Shown one piece after another: positions 47,533 to 56,743 of a stretch of 64,000 nt of DNA; position 1 is the first letter of the stretch; each line of letters opens with the position of its first letter. The DNA is taken from contig JBPOJJ010000001.1 of NCBI GenBank assembly GCA_052033715.1, positions 1,331 through 65,330 of the forward strand. The letters are read 5' to 3'. The notes beneath the pieces are model-generated. The model worked only from the letters and a program-made list of their open reading frames with translations. It had not been told where the DNA came from and searched no databases. The position numbers and the translations under genes are program-made. The stretch comes from Patescibacteria group bacterium (GTDB lineage: Bacteria > Patescibacteriota > Minisyncoccia > Phycocordibacterales > CSBR16-119).

Positions 47533-48537
47533 TCAGATCCTTTTCGCCCAACCGGACGATTTCGGACCGAATTTGTAACCAATGCCAGACGTCGTGTCGC
47601 GAACGATAATAGTGACACAATTACGGATGGCGTAGTCGAGGGCCTGCAAACCAACGAGCAGTCCATGTTTCTCTTTTCGAAGCTTCCTGCGAAGCCTTTG
47701 AAGCGACGACGGCCAAAGCGGTCGATCGACATTCTTCAACAACTCAACCGTTGCTGTGTCAGACAGTCCAGCAAGCTTAATGGCCTTGGCTATCACGCAC
47801 GCCGTTAGATCAGAGCCATCGTAGCCAAGGGTTACAAGCGCCCGCCCAAGAATGGTGGCAATAAATCCTTCGGTTATAACCACAACACCCTTGTACTCAT
47901 GCCCAGAAGCAATGGTCGCCCCCAGACATTCTTTGAGCAATTGCACACAAAGCCCAACGCTCATCTCATCGTCCACTACAGCATTTGTATGCATCCCCTG
48001 ATCTGACCGCCGGGCTCGCATGAAGCTTGTGGCCGGCAGATAAATAGCCAAGTAGCCCAAGGCTTCGTAGTGTGGTTTGACGAGGACTCGCACATTCAAC
48101 TGCTCGCCAAGGGCTTGCATATTCGCCTGGTGGACACGATCGGGATCACCGTTCTTGAAGAGTTCTTCCAGCTTCTCAAGCGCTCCCGAAAGCAATTCCT
48201 CACAAGCAAACCGAGCTTTATTCGTTGCAAGAAGCTTGATTTCTTTGCTCGTATCTAAGCGCAGAATTTCTCGCCACGCAATTGCCTGATGCTCTTTACA
48301 CAACACTCGCAAGCTATCTCTGACGAAATCCTTCTGTTCAGTAGACTGTGCATTTATAGCTCTCTCGTAAAGAGCATCCAGCTTGTTGGTCACGCCCTTC
48401 TTGGCAGAAACTGTCCAGAAAAGCGTGTCGCTGGTATTCTCCGTTGCCCAAATCAGGGTCTTGAAGGCCTTTTTGGAACCATCAAGTATTCCTCCGCCAG
48501 CCTTCATGCTGCGGAGACTTTTGATCTCTGGTAGCAT
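47533..48537 (-). CDS. Divergent aspartokinase-like (amino acid kinase fold) protein (orphan cassette K)
   Basis: KAGGG, VSAKKGVTNKL, GEQL, EGFIA, TLGYDGSDLTA, KNVD; promoter TTGACC-17-TAACCT at 48573-48601; terminator 47482-47520. Confidence 0.7.
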   Translation of the reverse strand: MLPEIKSLRSMKAGGGILDGSKKAFKTLIWATENTSDTLFWTVSAKKGVTNKLDALYERAINAQSTEQKDFVRDSLRVLCKEHQAIAWREILRLDTSKEIKLLATNKARFACEELLSGALEKLEELFKNGDPDRVHQANMQALGEQLNVRVLVKPHYEALGYLAIYLPATSFMRARRSDQGMHTNAVVDDEMSVGLCVQLLKECLGATIASGHEYKGVVVITEGFIATILGRALVTLGYDGSDLTACVIAKAIKLAGLSDTATVELLKNVDRPLWPSSLQRLRRKLRKEKHGLLVGLQALDYAIRNCVTIIVRDTTSGIGYKFGPKSSGWAKRI

Positions 48538-48639
48538 GTCGGTTGGGTTTTTGGGTTATCGACTTCGAATGAAGGTTACAACAATTCCGAAATTAGGTCA
48601 AACCCTTCAAAAAGCCTTATTTCGTGTTAAAATCTCCCC

Positions 48640-50805
48640 ATGACCGAAAACAAAAAAGAGTTTGCCGATATCCCGGAAAAATTCCTAAAACCATACGACC
48701 CACAAGCAACCGAAACCCGGATTTATAAACTCTGGGAAGATTCAGGATACTTCAATCCTGATAATTTACCTGGTGATCGAAGAGAGCCGTTTACCATAAT
48801 GATGCCACCGCCAAACGTCACCGGCGTACTTCATATGGGTCACGCGCTCGGAACTACCATTCAGGACACCCTCATCCGTTATAATCGCATGAACGGCAAG
48901 CGCGCTCTGTGGCTTCCGGGTACCGATCATGCCGCCATAGCCACACAATCCAAAGTCGAAAAAGAAATTTCCAAAAACGAGGGTCTGTCTCGTCACGACT
49001 TGGGTCGAGAAGAAATGCTAAAACGCATCCAAGCTTTTGCCAAAAATTCTCACGATACCATTGTTTCGCAGATCAAAACTTTGGGCGCATCATGTGATTG
49101 GTCTCGTGAAGCGTTTACACTCGATGAAAAAAGAAACGTTGCCGTAAACACCGTGTTCAAGAAAATGTACGACGACGGACTCATCTATCGCGGATATCGA
49201 ATCGTCAATTGGGATCCAAAAGGCCAAACAACCATTTCCGATGACGAAATCGTGTACGAAGAACGCGAAGCGAAACTTTATACATTCAAATATTCCAAGG
49301 ATTTCCCTATTTCAATCTCAACAACTCGTCCCGAAACAAAGGTCGGCGACGTAGCCGTAGCCGTGCATCCAGAAGATGCGCGCTATCAGCAATACATCGG
49401 CCAAACTTTTGAAATTCCAGATTTTTGTGGAGTTAAACTCTCGATCAAAATAATCGCTGATGAAAATGTCGACAAAGAATTCGGCACAGGCGCGCTCGGT
49501 GTTACTCCAGCTCACTCGATGATCGACTGGGAAATGGCGCAGAAAAATGATTTGCCTGTACTCCCGGTCATCAACGAATACGCCAAAATGTCCGTCGGCG
49601 ATGAAAGAATTCTCGGCAAGAAAACCACCGAAGCTCGTGAAGTAATTGTCGAGTGGCTCCGAACCACAGGACTTCTGGAAAAAGAAGAATCGGTTAAACA
49701 AAATATTGGCACAGCCGAAAGAACGAATGGCATAGTAGAGCCTCTGCCAAAACTGCAGTGGTTCGTCGGGGTAAACAAAGAAATTCCTGGAAGAAATAAA
49801 ACCCTCAAGGATCTGACACGCGAACCGGTCGAAGATGGCCGCATAAACATCATGCCAGACTTCTTTACCAAAACTTATTTTCACTGGATCGACAACTTGC
49901 GTGATTGGTGCATCAGTCGACAGATTTGGTATGGACATAGGATTCCAGTCTACTACAAGGGTGAAGAAATTTTTGTTGGCGACAAATCCCCTGGCGATGG
50001 TTGGACACAAGACGAAGACACGCTCGATACCTGGTTTTCCTCGGCGCTTTGGACGTTCTCGACTTTGGGCTGGCCAGAAAATACGCAAGATTTAAAATTT
50101 TTCCATCCGACGAACGTTTTGGAAACCGGTTATGAAATCCTTTTCTTTTGGATTGCTCGCATGGTTCTCATGACAAATTACGTAACCGAGGACATTCCTT
50201 TCAAAAATGTTTACCTGCATGGAACGGTTCGTGATGCGAAAGGACGCAAGATGTCAAAATCTCTTGGCAACGGCCTTGACCCCGTGGAAGTTGCAGAAAA
50301 ATTCGGCACCGATGCCTCACGTATGGCACTCATTGTCGGTACCGCTCCAGGCACAGACATGCGAATAGACGAAAACAAAATCAAAGGCTACAAAAACTTT
50401 GCTAACAAAATTTGGAATATCACTCGATTCATCTTGCAGAATGCCGACAAACCGAACATGGAAACCTCTCTTGAAGCTAACGACGAAAAGCTTTTGCAAG
50501 AATTAAAAGATATCGCCGGAGATATCACTGCCGACATGGAAAACATGCGCCTACACTTAGCGAGTGAAAAAATTTACGGATACATCTGGCACACACTCGC
50601 CGACAAGATTTTGGAGGAAAGTAAATCTATTCTCTCTGTGGGTACTGCCGAAACTGAATCTCGAAAACGTGCGCTTCACGAAATCCTCCATACATCTCTA
50701 AAACTATTGCATCCGTTCATGCCATTTTTAACCGAAGAAATCTGGTCTCTCATCCACAACGAAAAACCAAAGAATTTGCTTATAATTGAATCGTGGCCGG
50801 ATTAA
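48640..50805 (+). CDS. valS: Valine--tRNA ligase (no C-terminal coiled-coil arm)
   Basis: PPPNVTGVLHMGH, GTDHA, DWCISRQIWYGH, LDTWFSS, KMSKS; ends at WPD. Confidence 0.97.
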   Translation: MTENKKEFADIPEKFLKPYDPQATETRIYKLWEDSGYFNPDNLPGDRREPFTIMMPPPNVTGVLHMGHALGTTIQDTLIRYNRMNGKRALWLPGTDHAAIATQSKVEKEISKNEGLSRHDLGREEMLKRIQAFAKNSHDTIVSQIKTLGASCDWSREAFTLDEKRNVAVNTVFKKMYDDGLIYRGYRIVNWDPKGQTTISDDEIVYEEREAKLYTFKYSKDFPISISTTRPETKVGDVAVAVHPEDARYQQYIGQTFEIPDFCGVKLSIKIIADENVDKEFGTGALGVTPAHSMIDWEMAQKNDLPVLPVINEYAKMSVGDERILGKKTTEAREVIVEWLRTTGLLEKEESVKQNIGTAERTNGIVEPLPKLQWFVGVNKEIPGRNKTLKDLTREPVEDGRINIMPDFFTKTYFHWIDNLRDWCISRQIWYGHRIPVYYKGEEIFVGDKSPGDGWTQDEDTLDTWFSSALWTFSTLGWPENTQDLKFFHPTNVLETGYEILFFWIARMVLMTNYVTEDIPFKNVYLHGTVRDAKGRKMSKSLGNGLDPVEVAEKFGTDASRMALIVGTAPGTDMRIDENKIKGYKNFANKIWNITRFILQNADKPNMETSLEANDEKLLQELKDIAGDITADMENMRLHLASEKIYGYIWHTLADKILEESKSILSVGTAETESRKRALHEILHTSLKLLHPFMPFLTEEIWSLIHNEKPKNLLIIESWPD

Positions 50806-51473
50806 GTTTAAAAGTTGGTATCATCTCTCTTTTGGGCGGACTCATTCCAGCCTTTTTGTGGTTGTGGTTTTGGCTTCGAGAAGACGACAAGAGGCCTGAG
50901 CCAAGAGGCTTGCTTCTACTGACCTTTATAATTGGAATGGTTTCGGTATTTGTTGTACTTCCGCTTGAAAGATTCTTTGGTGGGTTCGTGACAAACGAAA
51001 AAATGCTCACAATCGTCTGGGTTATTATCGAGGAAGTCATCAAATTCATTGGTATTTACTTCATTGCACTCAAAAGCCGCGACGCAGATGAGCCAATAGA
51101 CTTTGCCATCTACATGATGACTGGCGCGCTTGGGTTTGCGGCGCTCGAAAATGCTTTGTTCCTCATTGACCCAGTGAGTCTCGGCAACACTACCGTCAGT
51201 TTACTGACCGGAAACTTCCGATTCTTGGGGGCAATGCTTTTACACTCGGTTGCCTCAGGAATTGTTGGTATTGGTATGGGTCTCGCATTCTACCGCGGAA
51301 AACTATTAAAAACGACTTTCATACTTATTGGACTTTTGAGCGCAATCACCTTGCATGCAATATTTAATTTTCTTATAATTAGTAGCGATAAAGGATTGTT
51401 CAGTGTCTTCAGTCTTTTGTGGGGAGTCGCAATCATTGTACTTCTCCTCTTTGAACAGCTAAGAAGAATGTAA
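50793..51473 (+). CDS. PrsW-family intramembrane protease
   Basis: PEP, IEEVIK, ALGFAALEN, LHS, LHAIFN. Confidence 0.88.
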   Translation: MAGLSLKVGIISLLGGLIPAFLWLWFWLREDDKRPEPRGLLLLTFIIGMVSVFVVLPLERFFGGFVTNEKMLTIVWVIIEEVIKFIGIYFIALKSRDADEPIDFAIYMMTGALGFAALENALFLIDPVSLGNTTVSLLTGNFRFLGAMLLHSVASGIVGIGMGLAFYRGKLLKTTFILIGLLSAITLHAIFNFLIISSDKGLFSVFSLLWGVAIIVLLLFEQLRRM

Positions 51474-51474
51474 T

Positions 51475-51978
51475 ATGTTTAAAAAAAGATCATTTTTTCA
51501 AAAACTAACCGGCGGCTTATCTCTTCGTGACAGCGATGAAGATATTTTTTCTACTGAAGAGGAACTGCCTCGTAGTAAAAAATCCTCTTTTGCTGCGCCC
51601 GAAGAAGACGACACCGATATGAAAGAATGGTCAGAACCAGAAGAAGAACCGAGCGAACTTTCTGTTGATGTCTATCAGACCGGGGACGAAATCGTGGTCA
51701 AAGCTTTTGCTGCAGGTGTTAGGCCAGAAGACCTCGATATCGACATCGCTCGTGATATGGTCACCATAAGCGGCCACAGAAAAGAAGGTGCCATGGCTGA
51801 AACTGGCGATTACCTAACCCAGGAGCTCTTTTGGGGCTCGTTTACCCGAAGTATCGTGCTTCCAGAGGAAATTGATCCCGAAACGACAATTGCCACAGAA
51901 AAGAACGGCCTCATCATAATCCGCCTACCGAAACTTGATAAGAAAAAGAGAACGAAAGTTAGAGTTAAATCGAGATAG
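51475..51978 (+). CDS. Hsp20/alpha-crystallin small heat shock protein
   Basis: VDVYQT, AGVRPEDLDI, WGSFTRSIVLP, NGLIIIRLPK. Confidence 0.92.
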   Translation: MFKKRSFFQKLTGGLSLRDSDEDIFSTEEELPRSKKSSFAAPEEDDTDMKEWSEPEEEPSELSVDVYQTGDEIVVKAFAAGVRPEDLDIDIARDMVTISGHRKEGAMAETGDYLTQELFWGSFTRSIVLPEEIDPETTIATEKNGLIIIRLPKLDKKKRTKVRVKSR

Positions 51979-51980
51979 AA

Positions 51981-52214
51981 ATGGAAGATCAGGAACTAAA
52001 ACAAATGGTGAAGGAAACTCACCAAATGGTCTCGAAGCTTTACAAGTTCGAGAAAAATCGTCGATTCTGGCGAGCCTTGAAATTCATACTGATTATTGTT
52101 ATTATCGTTGGGGCATATTTTGCAATATTGCCAGTATTTAATAGAGTTCTGGAGACTTACAACAGTTTCTCTAGCGGAGTTAATGATTTACAGAATCTGG
52201 AACTCCCATGGTAA
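51981..52214 (+). CDS. Small single-TM hypothetical protein
   Basis: 77-aa ORF abutting hsp20, one TM helix. Confidence 0.7.
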   Translation: MEDQELKQMVKETHQMVSKLYKFEKNRRFWRALKFILIIVIIVGAYFAILPVFNRVLETYNSFSSGVNDLQNLELPW

Positions 52215-52241
52215 GTATTAAAAATCCATAATTTTGCCAAC

Positions 52242-52314
52242 GCTCAGGTAGCTCAGTTGGTAGAGCATTCCCCTGAAGAGGGAAGGGTCACCAGTTCGAA
52301 CCTGGTCCTGAGCA
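52242..52314 (+). tRNA. tRNA-Phe (GAA)
   Basis: GCTCAGGTAGCTCAGTTGGTAGAGC...TTCCC-CTGAAGA-GGGAA...GTTCGAAC...CCTGAGCA. Confidence 0.96.
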
Positions 52315-52320
52315 CAAAAA

Positions 52321-52392
52321 GCCCTTATAGTTCAATGGATAGAACAGTCCCGTCCTAAGGGATAGATGTACGTTCGATTCGTGCTAAGGGCA
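52321..52392 (+). tRNA. tRNA-Arg (CCT)
   Basis: GCCCTTATAGTTCAATGGATAGAAC...GTCCC-GTCCTAA-GGGAT...GTTCGATTC...TAAGGGCA. Confidence 0.93.
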
Positions 52393-52399
52393 CCTGGTA

Positions 52400-52431
52400 A
52401 ATCAAAAAACGCCCTGGGGCGTTTTTTGATT
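52400..52431. terminator. Bidirectional terminator
   Basis: AATCAAAAAACGCCC-TG-GGGCGTTTTTTGATT between convergent tRNAs and glutaredoxin. Confidence 0.8.
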
Positions 52432-52432
52432 G

Positions 52433-52666
52433 CTACATTCCTAGAAGTTTCTTGATTTTTGATTCGTTGAATCCAATTACAAGATCGTCTCCAATATAAA
52501 TGACAGGTACACCCATCTGTCCAGACTTTTCAATCATCTCAGCCCGCTTGTCTTGGTCTTCGGCAACATTGTATTCATTATAAGCGACACTATTGGCTTT
52601 GAAAAACTCCTTGGCCATCTGACAAAAGTGACAAGTCGGCGTCGTGTAGATTGAAACTGGTTTCAT
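52433..52666 (-). CDS. Glutaredoxin-like (NrdH-type) protein
   Basis: YTTPTCHFC, SGQMGVPVI, GF. Confidence 0.92.
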   Translation of the reverse strand: MKPVSIYTTPTCHFCQMAKEFFKANSVAYNEYNVAEDQDKRAEMIEKSGQMGVPVIYIGDDLVIGFNESKIKKLLGM

Positions 52667-52730
52667 TTCGATAAAAATTAACTTTTAATGTCGAGTTATT
52701 ATAATTTCAAATTAAGTTTAAAGCAAATTT

Positions 52731-53102
52731 CTATTTTTTAAACTTTTTCCCAAACCATCCCGATCCTTCCCCGGGTGGCGTGGTCGTCGGAGACTCTTCT
52801 TTGTTCACAATCACAATCACCTGTTCCCCCTCTTTGACCACATTAAACTTTTCCCGAAGAGCCTTCTCCTGACCATACGAAGTGTTAGCATTTTCGAGCT
52901 CAGTGGTAAGACGAAATTTTTGATCTTCCAGGTTTTCGAGTTCATTTTTAGCGGTATTCATTTTTTCCTCTGCCAGGCGACTCTTGTTAAAAGCTCCGAT
53001 GGCACTATAGACGAATAAGAAGCCCAAAATAATAAGCACTACATAAGCCATGGGTGACTGAATCACTCTAGTTATAAATCTCTTGCTCGAAATTTGGGCC
53101 AT
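52731..53102 (-). CDS. Septum formation initiator (FtsB/DivIC-like)
   Basis: TM plus coiled coil plus EKALREKFNVVKEGE. Confidence 0.8.
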   Translation of the reverse strand: MAQISSKRFITRVIQSPMAYVVLIILGFLFVYSAIGAFNKSRLAEEKMNTAKNELENLEDQKFRLTTELENANTSYGQEKALREKFNVVKEGEQVIVIVNKEESPTTTPPGEGSGWFGKKFKK

Positions 53103-53115
53103 ATAGATAAATTAT

Positions 53116-53253
53116 ACCCCCACACCTACTTTTTTATAGCTTTTTATCCTGATCTGGGGATATCCTAAAATAAACTGAATTTTTAGCAGCTTTTGAGACT
53201 GTTTCAAGGCTTATTTTGAAAAAGCAGAATAATAAAAAAGTGAGTGTGGGGGT
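53116..53253. repeat. MITE-like element with CCCCACAC terminal inverted repeats (copy 2)
   Basis: ACCCCCACACCTACTTTTTTAT ... ATAAAAAAGTGAGTGTGGGGGT (20/22 match). Confidence 0.65.
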
Positions 53254-53292
53254 TATACATCTACTAAATTTTATGATACGATATCCCACATC

Positions 53293-53400
53293 ATGATGTT
53301 TAATCCAAAAAACAAGAAAGCCTTCAAGCGCGCCTGGGCCGTTATGGCGGTTATTATCATCGTCTCGATGATCCTCCTCTACGCGCCAATTTTTAGCTAG
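53293..53400 (+). CDS. 35-aa single-TM small protein (not in ORF track)
   Basis: MMFNPKNKKAFKRAWAVMAVIIIVSMILLYAPIFS; fills the gap to the convergent lepA stop. Confidence 0.65.
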   Translation: MMFNPKNKKAFKRAWAVMAVIIIVSMILLYAPIFS

Positions 53401-53402
53401 TT

Positions 53403-55205
53403 CTACTCCCGCATCATCTTTAGAAACACATCGTGTGGAATATTTACATTTCCTTTTCCGCGTGCGGCCATTTTTTTCTTGCCTTTTTTCTGCTTTTCGC
53501 GCAGTTTCATTTTTCGAGTGATATCTCCACCGTACATGTGCTGAGTGACGTCCTTGCTGAAAGCCTTCAGGGTTTCAGATGACAAAATTCGGCCAAGCGC
53601 CCTGCCCTGGATTTTCGTCACGAACATTTGTCGTGGCATAATCTCATGAAGTTTTTTTACGGCCTTTTCCGCCTCTTCTTGGACTTTGCGACGAGACACC
53701 ACGCGGGCAAAAGCCACGACCGGCTCGTCTGCGACAAGAATATCCATACGCACAACATCAGCTTCGCGATATGCACCAATTTCATAAGAAATGGAAGCGT
53801 AACCGGATGAAGCGGATTTCAAATCGTCAAAAAAGTTCCTCATGAGTTCGCGAAGTGGCATCTCGACGAGCATTTGAGTTCGGTTATCGCCGAAATTCTC
53901 GACGTCTTTGGCCTCGGCTTCGTGATCAAATAGTAACTGCATGATGTTCCCCAGATATCCGGTCGGTGTGATGATTTTTACTTCCACCCACGGCTCTAAA
54001 ATTTCTGACAACTCCCCATCATTTGGAAAAGTATGCGGTGAATAAATCATTTCTTCCTTGCCGGTGTTTCGGTATTTGACTTTGTAAGTGATGGATGGAC
54101 TCGTAACAACAAGTTCGAGATTAAATTCTCGACGCAAGCGTTCAGTAATAATTTCCAGGTGAAGCATTCCCAGAAATCCAGCGCGAAATCCTCGGCCGAG
54201 CGCGCCAGAAGTTTCTTCTTCGTATGTAAGTGATGAGTCAGAAAGTTTCAATTTACCGAGAGATGCCCGCAGTTCATCAAAATCGTCTTGGTCTTCAGGA
54301 TAAATCGACGCCCAGACAACTGGACGCGGCGTCATGTAGCCTTCGAGGGTTGGTAGTGGATTTTTCTCTGGCGTAACCGTGTCTCCGACAGATGCCACGC
54401 CCGGCTTTTTGATACCTGTGACGATGTAGCCAATTTCTCCAGCCGAGATTTTGTCTGTCGGCACAGGACTTGGTGAGAAAATTCCAACTTCGAGCGCGAT
54501 GAATTTTTCGTTCGCCGAAGCGAATTTCAAAACATCGCCTTTTTTGATCGTGCCATCAATAGCGCGCACATAAACGATCACGCCTTTGTGATTTGAATAT
54601 TGAAAATCAAAGACGAGAGATCGTGAACTATTTGTTTCTGGAATTTTCTCGACTGGTGGTGGAACGCGCTCGAGAATTGTCTCGAGAAGTTTTGGCACGC
54701 CTTCTCCAGTACGACCAGACACCGTTAAAATTTCATCTTCGCTAATACCCAGGACTTTAGCCACTTCGGCCTTAACTTCGTCTACTCGGGAAAGCGGTGA
54801 ATCAATTTTCGACAGAACAGGAATGATTTTCACACCCAATTTTTGCGCCATATGAAGCGTAGTGAAAGTCTGGGCTTGGACTCCTTGAGTCGAGTCAACA
54901 AGCATGATTGAGCCCTCAACTGCCTGAAGCGCACGCGAAACTTCATAAGAGAAATCGATGTGTCCTGGAGTGTCGATGAGGTTAAAGACGTAATTCTCGC
55001 CATTGTGCGTATAATTCATTCGAACCGGCTGCATTTTGATAGTGATTCCACGCTCACGCTCAAGCTCCATATTATCGAGCACTTGATCCTGCATTTTGCG
55101 CTTCTCTATGGTGTTCGTAATCTCAAGAAGCCGATCCGCGAGGGTCGACTTGCCGTGGTCAATATGAGCTATAATGCTGAAATTCCTGATTTTCTTCAAA
55201 TCCAT
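53403..55205 (-). CDS. lepA: Elongation factor 4
   Basis: IRNFSIIAHIDHGKSTLAD, DTPGH, GFLGMLH, YGGDITRKMKL. Confidence 0.98.
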   Translation of the reverse strand: MDLKKIRNFSIIAHIDHGKSTLADRLLEITNTIEKRKMQDQVLDNMELERERGITIKMQPVRMNYTHNGENYVFNLIDTPGHIDFSYEVSRALQAVEGSIMLVDSTQGVQAQTFTTLHMAQKLGVKIIPVLSKIDSPLSRVDEVKAEVAKVLGISEDEILTVSGRTGEGVPKLLETILERVPPPVEKIPETNSSRSLVFDFQYSNHKGVIVYVRAIDGTIKKGDVLKFASANEKFIALEVGIFSPSPVPTDKISAGEIGYIVTGIKKPGVASVGDTVTPEKNPLPTLEGYMTPRPVVWASIYPEDQDDFDELRASLGKLKLSDSSLTYEEETSGALGRGFRAGFLGMLHLEIITERLRREFNLELVVTSPSITYKVKYRNTGKEEMIYSPHTFPNDGELSEILEPWVEVKIITPTGYLGNIMQLLFDHEAEAKDVENFGDNRTQMLVEMPLRELMRNFFDDLKSASSGYASISYEIGAYREADVVRMDILVADEPVVAFARVVSRRKVQEEAEKAVKKLHEIMPRQMFVTKIQGRALGRILSSETLKAFSKDVTQHMYGGDITRKMKLREKQKKGKKKMAARGKGNVNIPHDVFLKMMRE

Positions 55206-55285
55206 TACAAGGGCAATATTACCAGAAAATAGTCAAAAATGAAGGGTTGTTTTTAGATACCAGATTTATGTGGCATAATGATTTT

Positions 55286-56740
55286 ATGCCAAAAATCAAA
55301 GATATTTTTGAAAAAATGACGAATAAACCCAGTCCTGAGGACATGGTTTGGATTCAAAGGGCATATGACTTTGCCCAAAAAGCCCACGAAGGGCAACTTC
55401 GCGCTTCGGGCGAGCCCTATTTCAATCACGTATTCGAGGTTTCTAAAATTCTCGCCGAATACGGTATGGATACGAAGACAGTCATCGCCGGACTTCTGCA
55501 CGACACAATAGAAGACACACCCATAAAGGAAGAAGAGGTTGAAAAACAATTTGGCGAAGACGTTTTGTTTCTCGTAAACGGCGTAACCAAACTTGGAAAA
55601 GTAAAATATCGTGGCGAAGAACGTCATGTCGAGTCGCTACGTAAATTTTTCGTCGCCATGGCCGAAGATGCTCGTGTCATCATCATCAAACTCGCCGACC
55701 GTCTACACAATGTCCGCACGCTCGAACACTTAAAGCCAGAAAAAGCCAAACGTATAGCCCTCGAAACTATCGAGATTCATGCTCCGATGGCAAATCGTCT
55801 CGGTATGTGGCGACTCAAGGGCGAGCTCGAGGATTTATCTTTTCCTTATGCTTTTCCAAAAGAATTCGAAGAAATAAAAAATCTACTACAGAAGAAGGCC
55901 GAGGCCGATCAATCCCATGTTGAAGTCATCCACAAAGAATTAACGAAGGAACTTAAAAAGCATGGCATAAAGGTTATCAATACCAGCTCTCGCATGAAAG
56001 GGCTCTACAGTCTCTACAAAAAACTCCGCAAAAAAGACATGGATATCGACAAGATTTACGACATCATGGCACTGCGAGTCATCGTGCCGACAATTGAAGA
56101 TTGTTATAAAGTTCTCGGAATTATTCATGGTATGTGGAAACCAATCCCAGGGCGAATCAAAGACTTCATTGCCCTACCAAAACCAAATGGCTACAAGAGC
56201 ATCCACACGACAATTTTCACCGGCGGCGGAAGCGTGGCTGAAATTCAAATCCGCACGCCAGAAATGCACGAACAAGCCGAGTTCGGTATCGCTTCGTTTT
56301 TTACTTACAAAGAAGGTTTCAAAAAAACCGACAAACATCGTGACTGGATAGAGCAATTCAAAGAACTTCAGAAAAATGTCGCCAAGCCTTCGGCCTTCTT
56401 GAAAAATTTGAAAATTGATTTCTTCTCAAAGAGAATTTTCGTCTTCACACCCAAGGGTGCAGTTATCGATTTACCAGAAGATTCGAGCGTAATTGATTTT
56501 GCCTACGCCGTGCACTCCAAGATCGGCGATCACGCTTCAGGTGCCAAGGTCAACGGTAAATACTCCAAACTCGATACAATTCTTCACAATGGCGATATCG
56601 TTCTAATTGAAACAAACGAAAAGGCCGTGCCAAATAGTAAGTGGCTGGACACTGCAAAAACCACACTTGCCCGTCGTCACATCAAAAGATACGTGGACGA
56701 AAACAGTCTTATGACCAAGTTCATGAATAGATTTCGATAG
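55286..56740 (+). CDS. RelA/SpoT-family (p)ppGpp synthetase/hydrolase (HD, SYN, TGS; no ACT)
   Basis: LHDTIED, KLADRLHN, YKSIHT, EIQIRT, FVFTPKG, DFAYAVHS. Confidence 0.93.
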   Translation: MPKIKDIFEKMTNKPSPEDMVWIQRAYDFAQKAHEGQLRASGEPYFNHVFEVSKILAEYGMDTKTVIAGLLHDTIEDTPIKEEEVEKQFGEDVLFLVNGVTKLGKVKYRGEERHVESLRKFFVAMAEDARVIIIKLADRLHNVRTLEHLKPEKAKRIALETIEIHAPMANRLGMWRLKGELEDLSFPYAFPKEFEEIKNLLQKKAEADQSHVEVIHKELTKELKKHGIKVINTSSRMKGLYSLYKKLRKKDMDIDKIYDIMALRVIVPTIEDCYKVLGIIHGMWKPIPGRIKDFIALPKPNGYKSIHTTIFTGGGSVAEIQIRTPEMHEQAEFGIASFFTYKEGFKKTDKHRDWIEQFKELQKNVAKPSAFLKNLKIDFFSKRIFVFTPKGAVIDLPEDSSVIDFAYAVHSKIGDHASGAKVNGKYSKLDTILHNGDIVLIETNEKAVPNSKWLDTAKTTLARRHIKRYVDENSLMTKFMNRFR

Positions 56741-56743
56741 AAA

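Noticed and set aside
49318-50088. 256-aa minus-strand ORF
   Set aside because: Antisense shadow of valS.
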